From positions 4,079 to 68,078 of the forward strand of contig JBGUZF010000017.1 of assembly GCA_045222795.1 (NCBI GenBank): a DNA stretch of 64,000 nucleotides, given 5' to 3'. The translations under genes were made by a program, and so were the position numbers. This stretch comes from Bacteroidales bacterium. Its GTDB lineage: Bacteria; Bacteroidota; Bacteroidia; Bacteroidales; P3. Below the pieces are notes generated by a model. That model had not been told where the DNA came from. It did not search any database and was given only the letters and a program-made list of their open reading frames with translations. Below are positions 33,123 to 40,636 of this stretch, one piece after another. The stretch's first letter is position 1. Each line of letters starts with the position of its first letter.

Positions 33123-33908
33123 ATGAAGCACTACGCACTAATAGGCAAGCCTTTGGGTCATTCATGGTCGCAGCGCCTCTTCGAGGAGACTGTGCCTGCC
33201 GACGTTGCCGACTACCGCCTCTGCGAGCTGCCGTCGCTCGACGGCCTACAGCGGTGGGTCGTTGACAACGACATCAGCGGCTTCAATGTCACCGCACCCT
33301 ACAAGGAGGCCATCCTCCCCTACCTCGACGCGATGAGTCCCGAAGCCAAGGAAATCGGTGCCGTCAATTGTGTCAAGGTTGTGGACGGCAAACTTATAGG
33401 ATACAACACCGACGCTCCCGCCTTCCGCCACACCCTCGAGGAAACAATTTCAACTTTCAACTTTCAACTTTCAACTTTCAACTTAGCACTTATCCTCGGC
33501 ACCGGCGGCGCCGCCCGCGCCGTAGCCTACGCCCTCGGCCAGATGGGCATCGACTACACCTTCGTCAGCCGCACTCCCGAACTGCACCCCAACTCCATCG
33601 GCTATAAAGACCTTCCCTCGTTCATCATTCATCATTCATCATTCATCATTCTAATCAACGCCACCCCCATAGGCACCTGGCCCAACATCGACGCTTCCCC
33701 CTTGCCTCCCAATTTTCAATTTTCAATTTTCAATTTTCAATTAGTTTACGATCTGATTTACAACCCATCCCCCACTCTGCTCATGCGACAGGCCGCCGAG
33801 AGGGGGGCAAAAGTGGTCGACGGGCTCGCCATGCTGCGTCTGCAAGCCAAGCTCAGCCGTGACATTTTCTTTACCGACAGCACGGAATATCAGCCTATTG
33901 CAAAATAA
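33123..33908 (+). CDS. aroE: Shikimate dehydrogenase
   Basis: 261 aa. Contains GKPLGHSWSQ, FNVTAPYKE, GAVNCV, GYNTDA, ILGTGGAARAV, INATPIGT and VYDLIYNP motifs. Confidence 0.9.
   Translation: MKHYALIGKPLGHSWSQRLFEETVPADVADYRLCELPSLDGLQRWVVDNDISGFNVTAPYKEAILPYLDAMSPEAKEIGAVNCVKVVDGKLIGYNTDAPAFRHTLEETISTFNFQLSTFNLALILGTGGAARAVAYALGQMGIDYTFVSRTPELHPNSIGYKDLPSFIIHHSSFIILINATPIGTWPNIDASPLPPNFQFSIFNFQLVYDLIYNPSPTLLMRQAAERGAKVVDGLAMLRLQAKLSRDIFFTDSTEYQPIAK
33448..33482. repeat. Heptamer array (tttcaac x5) in frame in aroE
   Basis: Encodes STFNFQLSTFN immediately before the NADP-binding loop ILGTGGAARAV. Confidence 0.85.
33621..33650. repeat. Heptamer array (ttcatca x4) in frame in aroE
   Basis: Encodes SFIIHHSSFII immediately before INATPIGT. 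Confidence 0.85.
33711..33742. repeat. Heptamer array (ttttcaa x4) in frame in aroE
   Basis: Encodes NFQFSIFNFQ immediately before VYDLIYNP. Confidence 0.85.
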
Positions 33909-33921
33909 TTGCAAAAATAAT

Positions 33922-33952
33922 TTTGCCATATCGGAAATTGTTTGTAATTTTG
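33922..33952 (+). promoter_or_regulatory. Bacteroidetes promoter (-33 TTTG, 19-nt spacer, -7 TAatTTTG) for the tRNA-Leu pair
   Basis: TTTGccatatcggaaattgtttgTAATTTTG. It is paralogous to the tRNA-Cys promoter at 24562-24592. Confidence 0.7.
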
Positions 33953-33979
33953 CACCCGCTTTCGACAGATGAGAGCATT

Positions 33980-34030
33980 GAATTTTGACTGCTGAATTTC
34001 AATTTTCAACTTTCAATTTTCAATTTTAAT
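33980..34030. repeat. Heptamer array (gaatttt/gactgct/gaatttc/aattttc/aactttc/aattttc/aatttta) in the tRNA-Leu leader
   Basis: Read directly from the sequence. It ends at the first base of the tRNA. Confidence 0.75.
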
Positions 34031-34113
34031 GCCCAGGTGGTGGAATTGGTAGACACGCTACTTTGAGGGGGTAGTCGCCATAGGCGGTGCAAGTTCAAGT
34101 CTTGTCCTGGGCA
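34031..34113 (+). tRNA. tRNA-Leu (anticodon GAG)
   Basis: Hand fold. Acceptor gcccagg/cctgggc, anticodon stem ctact/ggtag with loop ttGAGgg, a long variable arm, and T loop gttcaagtc. Confidence 0.8.
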
Positions 34114-34134
34114 CCCACCAGAATCAATGTAAGA

Positions 34135-34219
34135 GCCCGGATGGCGGAATTGGTAGACGCGTACGTTTCAGGTGCGTATTTCGAGAGGAGTGCAGGTTCA
34201 AGTCCTGTTCCGGGCACCA
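34135..34219 (+). tRNA. tRNA-Leu (anticodon CAG), with encoded CCA
   Basis: Hand fold. Acceptor gcccgga/tccgggc, anticodon stem tacgt/gcgta with loop ttCAGgt, a long variable arm, T loop ggttcaagtcc, then acca. Confidence 0.8.
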
Positions 34220-34225
34220 AGAGGA

Positions 34226-34252
34226 AAGAAGACCAAACGGTCTTCTTTTTTT
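34226..34252 (+). terminator. Rho-independent terminator after the tRNA-Leu pair
   Basis: aagaagacc aaac ggtcttctt forms the hairpin and a T run follows. Confidence 0.75.
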
Positions 34253-34327
34253 ATGCCCGGAACAGAACCTGAACAAGTACCTTTGCCCCTTCAACCTCGG
34301 CTGGCTATGCCATCGGGCGCCAAAAAG

Positions 34328-34355
34328 AGAAGACCAACAATATTGCTGGTCTTCT
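34328..34355 (-). terminator. Hairpin terminator downstream of the 1519-aa gene, flanked by T runs on both strands
   Basis: agaagacca ... tggtcttct forms a 9-bp stem. On the minus strand CTTTTTG follows. Confidence 0.6.
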
Positions 34356-34408
34356 TTTTCTATTTACAAGATTTACTAGATTTCGCCCGCGTCAGTGGGC
34401 AGGAGCCT

Positions 34409-37400
34409 TTAGTCGTTCTCTTGATACACAGTGCTACTGAACCACTGCAACCAGTTGGGCACTTCACCAGAGTTGTTGCCAACGAAGTAGCGGAAGGTAC
34501 CCATGCCTTCTTTTTCAATCTTGCGCTGGTCGAGGGGTATAGCCTTGATCTTGTCGAGCCATGCGCCGTCGGAGCCGTAGATGGTGAGTTCCTGACCCGC
34601 AAGGTCATACTTGAAGAAGTACCAGTGGTCCTTGGCGGCCTCGATGTAGAAGGTCATTATCTGTGTGTTGCCACGCTTGGAGATCTGTGCCTTGAGGCGC
34701 ATCTCCAAGCCCACGGGCTTGTCGCCCACGGCTACCAGGGTCACCTTGCCATCATAGTAGAGCCCCACGGCGGGGTTGTGCTGCCAGCGCACATGGTCGA
34801 ACAGCAGCGTGCTCTGCATGGGGGCGGGAATCTCGGAAAGCTTGCCGGTGGTGCTGTACATAGCATAGACGCCGGCACCCTTATCGGCACCGAGGTGGTA
34901 CATCATGGCGTGGCGCAACTCAGGGTTGGTATTGCCCATGGCGAAGCTCAGGCGCAGGTCTTCCTTGATGTTGTTGTACAAGCCCTCGACGACATCCTTG
35001 GCCAAGGGGAAGGTCATGCCGAAGACCGTGGCGAGATGGTCCTCCTTGTCGTCCTGTATGCCCACACTGGCGGTACCGTAGGCGTAGAAGGAGGCCTGCG
35101 ACTTGCGCAGCGTGAGGTTCACCAAGCCCTCGCCCTCGACATTGCAGTCGGTAGTGCTCATGGCCAGGTAAGGCTCCACGATGATGTCGGGGTCTGAGAC
35201 CTTGGCCTCGGAGGCTATCATGTACTGCTTGCGGTCGCCGAGATAGGTGAGCACGCCGTGGGCCGAGAGGAGCTCGTTGCCCTCAACCTTGGCATCGGTG
35301 AGGAAGGCAGGCTGCATCTTGAGGGTATGACGCTCGAGCAATATCGAGGTGGCGATGCGACGGCCGTGCCAGTCGGTGGCCTGCTCGGGCACAGCGACAT
35401 GGACATGCTCGGGGTCGGTATAGCCCTTGTACGCCAGCAGGCCGAGCTGTTCCTTGGGGATGCAGGGCTGCAGCAGTCGCACGCCACCCTCGAACCACAG
35501 ATAGGCATGGTCGCCCTCGGCACGTACCTTGCCGGCGAAGCCGAAGGCAGAACTGATGGTAAACGATGCGCTGTCGCTGATGGTGCCGCTGGCCACTGTG
35601 ACACCGCGAGCGTTGACGGCAATGTCGTTGAGGAACAGGCGCTGGGTCTTCTTGGTGTCGTTATGGTAGTCCATATAGCCCTTGCCGGTATACTTTTCAG
35701 CACTGGCAATCATCACGTCGGCACCGGTGACATAATGCCACGCGCTGTCGCGGTTGAAGATAATCTTGGCATTAGCCATGATGCCCATCTTGCCACCGTT
35801 GTGTATATGCAGGCTGTCGGCAGCGGGGGCTATGGCGGCGTCAGCCACATTTATCAAGAACACGCCCTGGCTCGAGAGCTCGCCGCGCTCGTAGTCGTAG
35901 GTCGACAGCAGCGAATGGTAGCTGAGCTCCTTGGCCTCGGGGGCGGTGCCCACGAAGCGCACGCCGGGCAGGTCGCCGCGTTTCTGCAGGCGCATGCGGA
36001 TATCCATGGCATCCATACCCTCGGAGGTGGGACGCGTGGAGTTGGCGATGTCGAGCACCTTGCGGTCCATATTCCACGTGAAGACGTCGGCATAGGCGGC
36101 CTGCTTGACGAGCTGCAGCTCGGTGCGGGCGGGACCGTCGGCGATGCGCAGCTCGGCGATACGCTTGTCGTAGTCCACATGCGAGCGCACATGCTTGGCC
36201 GTGAAGGCCACTGCGTTGCGCTTGGTGCTCTGAAGCGTGAAGTCGCTCACCTCGGCGTTCATTTCCATGGCCAGCAGGTCGAAGCGTGGGCTCACCAAGG
36301 TGCCCTCCCTGACGGTGGCTGTACCAGCCGCCGTAGCACCCTTGGGCGTGATGTCTATGCGTCCACGGAACTGGGCGTCGTCATGATACATGCGGAAGGG
36401 CCGTCCCTTGGTGGTGGTGGCCACGGCCATCGAGTCCATATAGGGGTACCAGCGCTCCGTGAGTTTGCCGCCGCGTATGTCGGGGAAGCCCTGCTCCTCG
36501 CGCACAAAGAAGGTGTCGGTGGTGGCCGACATGGAGTCGAGCAGGAAGAGATAGTTCTTCGAGCGCGTGGTGGAGGTCAGGTAATTGAGGTCACCCGAGC
36601 CTTTGAGACCGAAATGGTCGAGAGTTATAGTATTGTTGTAGGTTCCCTTGCCGCCGTAGGCAGGATAGCCGCCGGCGGGAGTCTCTACCTTGAAGCCAAG
36701 GTAGTAGTCGCGCTGTACGCTGAGGGGATAGGTGATGTCGGGGAAGATGCCGCCAGAGTTGAGCACACCGTTAAACTGCAGCTCGTCGGTGACAAAGTCC
36801 ACAAGGCTGTTGATGGTGAAAGGATGCAGCGTATAGTAGAAGCGGTCGCGCACATACTTGCCGCCGCAGATGTCGCGCTTGTCGTAGTACACGTAGCTGT
36901 TCTCGCGACTCTCGAAGATGGGGTACTCCTTGTTCTTGGTCAGTCCGCAGTGGTTGTCGGGCTTGTCCACACGCAGGCTGCCCACCAGTGCGTATAGGGG
37001 CGTCATAACCATGTGGTCGGTGTCGGGATTGTCGAACTCGGGGACATAGAAGAACAGCGAGTCCACCTTAGGCAGCTCGAAGCTGAACTGCTCGTAGTTG
37101 AAGTCGGCGTCGCTGACGAACATGATGAAGCGGCCCACGTCGATGCGGCCAGTGAAGCCAATGGCACGGTTCTTGCCCACGGTGATGTTGCCCCCCTTGG
37201 GGTACACCACCACCTTCTGGCTGTCGCTCACCACGAACTGTTTCACGCCGCGCATCTTCAGCAGGTAGTCGTCGAGGCTCATGCGGGCGTTGTAGCCCTT
37301 GGCGTTGCTCTCGAGCGACAGGGCGTCGTAATCGAAGCCCTTGGCCTTCGACTCGGCCTTCACATAGTCCTCCAGTTTCTGGTTCACCTGCACGCGGCCG

Positions 37401-38968
37401 GTCATCTCGTTATACGACACCAGGCCATAGCGCGCCAGATTGTGTATCATCAACTGCGTCTGGCTTATGTCAAGCCCTATGTCGTTGGAGAAGGCTTTGA
37501 GCGAGAAGTTCCACGACGTGGCTTCGGCGAACTCGTAAACGCGGCGCACGGGGCTCACATCCTCTATGCCCTGTATGTCACGGGCCTTGCGGTAGGTGTA
37601 GCAGTTGCTACTCTCGAAGGTGGCCTGGCTAGCCGAACCCGAAGTGGTGAGGTTCGAGAACTCCAGCTCGCTGCCAGTGGTAATCCATGTTATGTCGTCG
37701 CTGTAGATATCCAAACCGTGGTACGAGTCGATATAGGGGCAGTAGTAGTTGCGCTGCTGGTCGTTGCTGAGCACCACCCTGTGCTCGGCGGCGTTGTAGC
37801 GCACCGTGACGCCGGTGTTGCTTATCGAGTCCTCCTCGCCGATATAGAAAGCCACGGTGGCATTCTCGCTCACCACACGGTCCTGCGTGAAGGTCATCTT
37901 CAGCGAGGTGACAGCCATGCGGGGCTTGCCGTCGGTGTTGAACACCAGGCTCGCGGGGTGCTTGCTCGACGCCGTGAGGAACTTGGCGCCGTTCATCATG
38001 AAGCTGCCGCGGTAGTCAACGTCGGGCAGTATATTCTTGATTACAAAGTCGCGCTTGTAGCTGCGGAAGCGCGGGTAGCTGTACTTCTCGGGCTCCATGG
38101 CATTGCTCAGCACATCCTCCACCTTGCCGATGACGGGGTCGCTGAAATAGTGCGTGTTCACCAACCTCACACTGTCGGCGCTGAACTTGGGAAACTTGGT
38201 CTCAGCCTTGTACTTGCCCAGGTCGGCATAGCACACCTCTGCATTCAGGCCCGTGCGGCCCCAGTCGATGCGGCCACCCTCGCCCTGCCACAGGTTCTCC
38301 TTGTAGTCGTACACACCCGTGGTACCGTTGATGACGTTCTGGTCCTTCGACGAGGCATAGCTCAGGTTGGACGGTGTGTCGAACCACACCAGCAGCTTAC
38401 CATCCGCGACACCAAGGCGGAACGGGGTCTTGGCGTCGAAGCGCCACTCGCACGAGTTGCTGCGGTAGAGCACCCTGTCGGAGAAGAGCGTCTCGCAGAA
38501 GTCCACATATTCGACAACGGCCTTGGGCTTGGCGGCACGTTTCTTGAGGGCTTCGAGCGAGGTGACGAAACCGTCGAGGTTGGGCGCATTGCCGTAGGCG
38601 TTGGCCACGCTTGTGCCGCCGGCGGGTGTGGTGGCTATGGCGGTGAACACACGCGTGAGGCCGCACACCTCGGGGTTACCCTTCATCTTGGCCTTCACGG
38701 CGTAGGTGTAGACACCCACCAGGCGTTCCTGCATGCTGTTGTCGAGACTCGAGTAGACCGATCGGAAGGCCTTGATGGTCTTGGTGTTCTCCTTCTGGCG
38801 GTCGCCGTCCGATGTCGACTTGTTCATCCATTCCAGCAGTTCGTCGGGCAATCCTGCGACGGTGAACTCCGTGGCCTGCTTGGGCTTCTGGGCCGAGGCA
38901 GAACTGAGAATTGAGAATTGAGAATTGAGAATTAAACTCAGGCAAACAAGTGCTATGTATTTCTTCAT
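34409..38968 (-). CDS. Large (~1519 aa) secreted protein of unknown function
   Basis: Single uninterrupted ORF. I set the start at MKKYIALVCLSLILNSQFSILSSASAQ (ATG at 38968); the track ORF starts 13 codons earlier at 39007. I recognise no family signature. Confidence 0.8.
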   Translation of the reverse strand: MKKYIALVCLSLILNSQFSILSSASAQKPKQATEFTVAGLPDELLEWMNKSTSDGDRQKENTKTIKAFRSVYSSLDNSMQERLVGVYTYAVKAKMKGNPEVCGLTRVFTAIATTPAGGTSVANAYGNAPNLDGFVTSLEALKKRAAKPKAVVEYVDFCETLFSDRVLYRSNSCEWRFDAKTPFRLGVADGKLLVWFDTPSNLSYASSKDQNVINGTTGVYDYKENLWQGEGGRIDWGRTGLNAEVCYADLGKYKAETKFPKFSADSVRLVNTHYFSDPVIGKVEDVLSNAMEPEKYSYPRFRSYKRDFVIKNILPDVDYRGSFMMNGAKFLTASSKHPASLVFNTDGKPRMAVTSLKMTFTQDRVVSENATVAFYIGEEDSISNTGVTVRYNAAEHRVVLSNDQQRNYYCPYIDSYHGLDIYSDDITWITTGSELEFSNLTTSGSASQATFESSNCYTYRKARDIQGIEDVSPVRRVYEFAEATSWNFSLKAFSNDIGLDISQTQLMIHNLARYGLVSYNEMTGRVQVNQKLEDYVKAESKAKGFDYDALSLESNAKGYNARMSLDDYLLKMRGVKQFVVSDSQKVVVYPKGGNITVGKNRAIGFTGRIDVGRFIMFVSDADFNYEQFSFELPKVDSLFFYVPEFDNPDTDHMVMTPLYALVGSLRVDKPDNHCGLTKNKEYPIFESRENSYVYYDKRDICGGKYVRDRFYYTLHPFTINSLVDFVTDELQFNGVLNSGGIFPDITYPLSVQRDYYLGFKVETPAGGYPAYGGKGTYNNTITLDHFGLKGSGDLNYLTSTTRSKNYLFLLDSMSATTDTFFVREEQGFPDIRGGKLTERWYPYMDSMAVATTTKGRPFRMYHDDAQFRGRIDITPKGATAAGTATVREGTLVSPRFDLLAMEMNAEVSDFTLQSTKRNAVAFTAKHVRSHVDYDKRIAELRIADGPARTELQLVKQAAYADVFTWNMDRKVLDIANSTRPTSEGMDAMDIRMRLQKRGDLPGVRFVGTAPEAKELSYHSLLSTYDYERGELSSQGVFLINVADAAIAPAADSLHIHNGGKMGIMANAKIIFNRDSAWHYVTGADVMIASAEKYTGKGYMDYHNDTKKTQRLFLNDIAVNARGVTVASGTISDSASFTISSAFGFAGKVRAEGDHAYLWFEGGVRLLQPCIPKEQLGLLAYKGYTDPEHVHVAVPEQATDWHGRRIATSILLERHTLKMQPAFLTDAKVEGNELLSAHGVLTYLGDRKQYMIASEAKVSDPDIIVEPYLAMSTTDCNVEGEGLVNLTLRKSQASFYAYGTASVGIQDDKEDHLATVFGMTFPLAKDVVEGLYNNIKEDLRLSFAMGNTNPELRHAMMYHLGADKGAGVYAMYSTTGKLSEIPAPMQSTLLFDHVRWQHNPAVGLYYDGKVTLVAVGDKPVGLEMRLKAQISKRGNTQIMTFYIEAAKDHWYFFKYDLAGQELTIYGSDGAWLDKIKAIPLDQRKIEKEGMGTFRYFVGNNSGEVPNWLQWFSSTVYQEND
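38901..38935. repeat. Heptamer array (gaactga/gaattga x3/gaattaa) inside the signal-peptide coding region of the 1519-aa gene
   Basis: The sense strand encodes LILNSQFSILSS. Confidence 0.8.
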
Positions 38969-39065
38969 ATCAGTGAGTTTTCTTTGTTGTTTAACATGAA
39001 TTGCCATTTAATTATCTATGAATTAATGGCCAATTCGTGATAATTCGTGTTATTATATCAAAATG

Positions 39066-39073
39066 CAAAAATA
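39066..39073 (-). promoter_or_regulatory. Candidate -7 element (TAttTTTG) for the 1519-aa gene
   Basis: The plus strand reads caaaaata, about 60-100 nt upstream of the candidate starts. Confidence 0.4.
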
Positions 39074-39140
39074 CTGCAATTCCGCCACACGGAATTTGCC
39101 ATCACCGAAAAGTTATTAAAAGCATAGTGTTTATTACGGC

Positions 39141-39340
39141 AAAGCCCCGTAGGGGCGGCAGATATTAGCCGTGGGTGGAGCGTAGCGCAACCCACGGGGA
39201 ACAGCGTCATATAGATATTTCGAGCCCCATAGGGGCGGCACATTGGCGGTGTGTGTCGCCCCTACGGGGCTCAATATTACGGGGGTATCATGTTCCGTGG
39301 GTTAACACCCACGGCTAAATTATGTCGCCCTTACAGGGCT
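39141..39340. repeat. Cluster of REP-like palindromic units (GCCCCGTAGGGGCGGCA-type and CCGTGGGT-loop-ACCCACGG-type)
   Basis: Three composite copies. 39141-39200 and 39294-39340 are inverted copies of the same ~50-nt unit. 39221-39272 is a near-perfect 21-bp palindrome with 2 mismatches. Confidence 0.85.
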
Positions 39341-39348
39341 AGGATTGA

Positions 39349-40419
39349 TCATCCCACCGACGCCTTCAACTTCTCGGCATTTTCGGCGAGCTGGAGGGCT
39401 TCGATGCACTCCTCGATGTCGCCGTCCATAAAGGCGGGGAGGTTGTGCATGCTCCAACCTATGCGGTGGTCGGTGACGCGGCTCTGAGGGTAGTTGTAGG
39501 TACGCACTTTCTCCGAGCGGTCGCCAGTGGCCACCATAGTCTTGCGCTTGGAGGAGAGTTCCTCCATATATTTGTTGTACTCGCGCTCGTAGAGGCGGGT
39601 GCGGAGGATGCTAATGGCCTTCTCTTTGTTCTTTATCTGGCTCTTCTGGTCCTGCATAGAGACTACAATACCCGTGGGGATATGGGTCAGGCGCACGGCG
39701 CTGTAGGTGGTGTTCACGCACTGGCCGCCGGGACCGCTGGCGCAGAAGGTGTCGATGCGCACGTCGCTCATGTTCAGCTCCACGTCGAACTCCTCGGCTT
39801 CGGGCAGCACCACCACGCCGGCGGCGCTGGTGTGGATGCGGCCCTGCGTCTCGGTGGCGGGCACGCGCTGCACGCGGTGCACGCCGCTCTCGTATTTCAG
39901 TAGGCCGTAGACACCCTCGCCGGTAACCGTGAAGGTGATGTCCTTGTAGCCGCCCGAGGTGCCCTCGTTGAAGTCGGTGACCTCCACCTTCCAGTGCTTC
40001 TTCTCGCAGTAGCGGGTGTACATGCGGAACAGGTCGCCGGCGAAAATGCAAGCCTCGTCGCCACCCGTGCCTCCGCGTATCTCCACCACGGCGTTCTTCG
40101 AGTCCTGCGGGTCGGCGGGGATGAGCAGTATGCGTATCTCCTCCTCCATCTTGTCGCGGCGCTCCTGGCTGGCGAGGAGTTCTTCCTTGGCCATCTCCTT
40201 CAGCTCGGGGTCTTTCTCGTTCTCCAACAGTTCCTTGCACTCGGCTATGGTGTCGAGCAGCGCTTTGTAGTCCTTGTAGGCTTTCACCACAGGCTGCAAG
40301 TCCTTGTAATCCTTCGACAATTTGACGTAGCGCTTCATGTCCGCAGTAACCTGCGGGTCATTCATCTGCTGTTCAATCTCTTGATAACGAGCGTATATTG
40401 CTTCTAACTTGTCTAACAT
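39349..40419 (-). CDS. prfA: Peptide chain release factor 1
   Basis: Contains the GGQ motif SGPGGQCVNTT and the PAT tripeptide context RVQRVPATETQGRIHTS. I set the start at MLDKLEAIYARYQEIE (ATG at 40419). The upstream 59 codons of the track ORF are an AT-rich extension. Confidence 0.93.
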   Translation of the reverse strand: MLDKLEAIYARYQEIEQQMNDPQVTADMKRYVKLSKDYKDLQPVVKAYKDYKALLDTIAECKELLENEKDPELKEMAKEELLASQERRDKMEEEIRILLIPADPQDSKNAVVEIRGGTGGDEACIFAGDLFRMYTRYCEKKHWKVEVTDFNEGTSGGYKDITFTVTGEGVYGLLKYESGVHRVQRVPATETQGRIHTSAAGVVVLPEAEEFDVELNMSDVRIDTFCASGPGGQCVNTTYSAVRLTHIPTGIVVSMQDQKSQIKNKEKAISILRTRLYEREYNKYMEELSSKRKTMVATGDRSEKVRTYNYPQSRVTDHRIGWSMHNLPAFMDGDIEECIEALQLAENAEKLKASVG

Positions 40420-40427
40420 AACGGGTG

Positions 40428-40435
40428 CAAAATTA
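40428..40435 (-). promoter_or_regulatory. Candidate -7 element (TAatTTTG) for prfA, with a TTTG 18 nt upstream
   Basis: The plus strand reads caaaatta, 9 nt upstream of the ATG. Confidence 0.5.
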
Positions 40436-40581
40436 CGAAAGTTGAGCGAAATACAAAAAAAAATTTGTATTTCCGAAATGAAGTTGCTTAGGCCATGAGC
40501 ACCTCTTAATAAATTATTGTAGCGAATAACGTCGGCGTAAGCCAAAATTACAAAAAAAAGATAAATGGAGAAGAAAATAAA

Positions 40582-40616
40582 ATGGTAGCCAGCCAAATGA
40601 GTCGGCTGGCTACCAT
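40582..40616 (-). terminator. Rho-independent terminator after the 747-aa Fn3 partner gene
   Basis: Perfect 13-bp stem atggtagccagcc / ggctggctaccat. A T-rich tract follows on the minus strand. Confidence 0.7.
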
Positions 40617-40636
40617 TATAAGATCCTTACAGGGCT

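Noticed and set aside
34172-35197. A 341-aa plus-strand ORF
   Set aside because: It begins inside tRNA-Leu(CAG), crosses two terminators, and then runs antisense to the 1519-aa gene.
39058-39487. Two small divergent ORFs that both begin MCRPYGA
   Set aside because: They are the two arms of the REP-like palindrome translated in mirror image, so they are not genes.
40420-40596. A 59-codon N-terminal extension of the prfA ORF
   Set aside because: It is an AT-rich, hydrophobic, low-complexity translation that covers the prfA promoter box and a palindrome. The canonical RF1 N-terminus starts at 40419.
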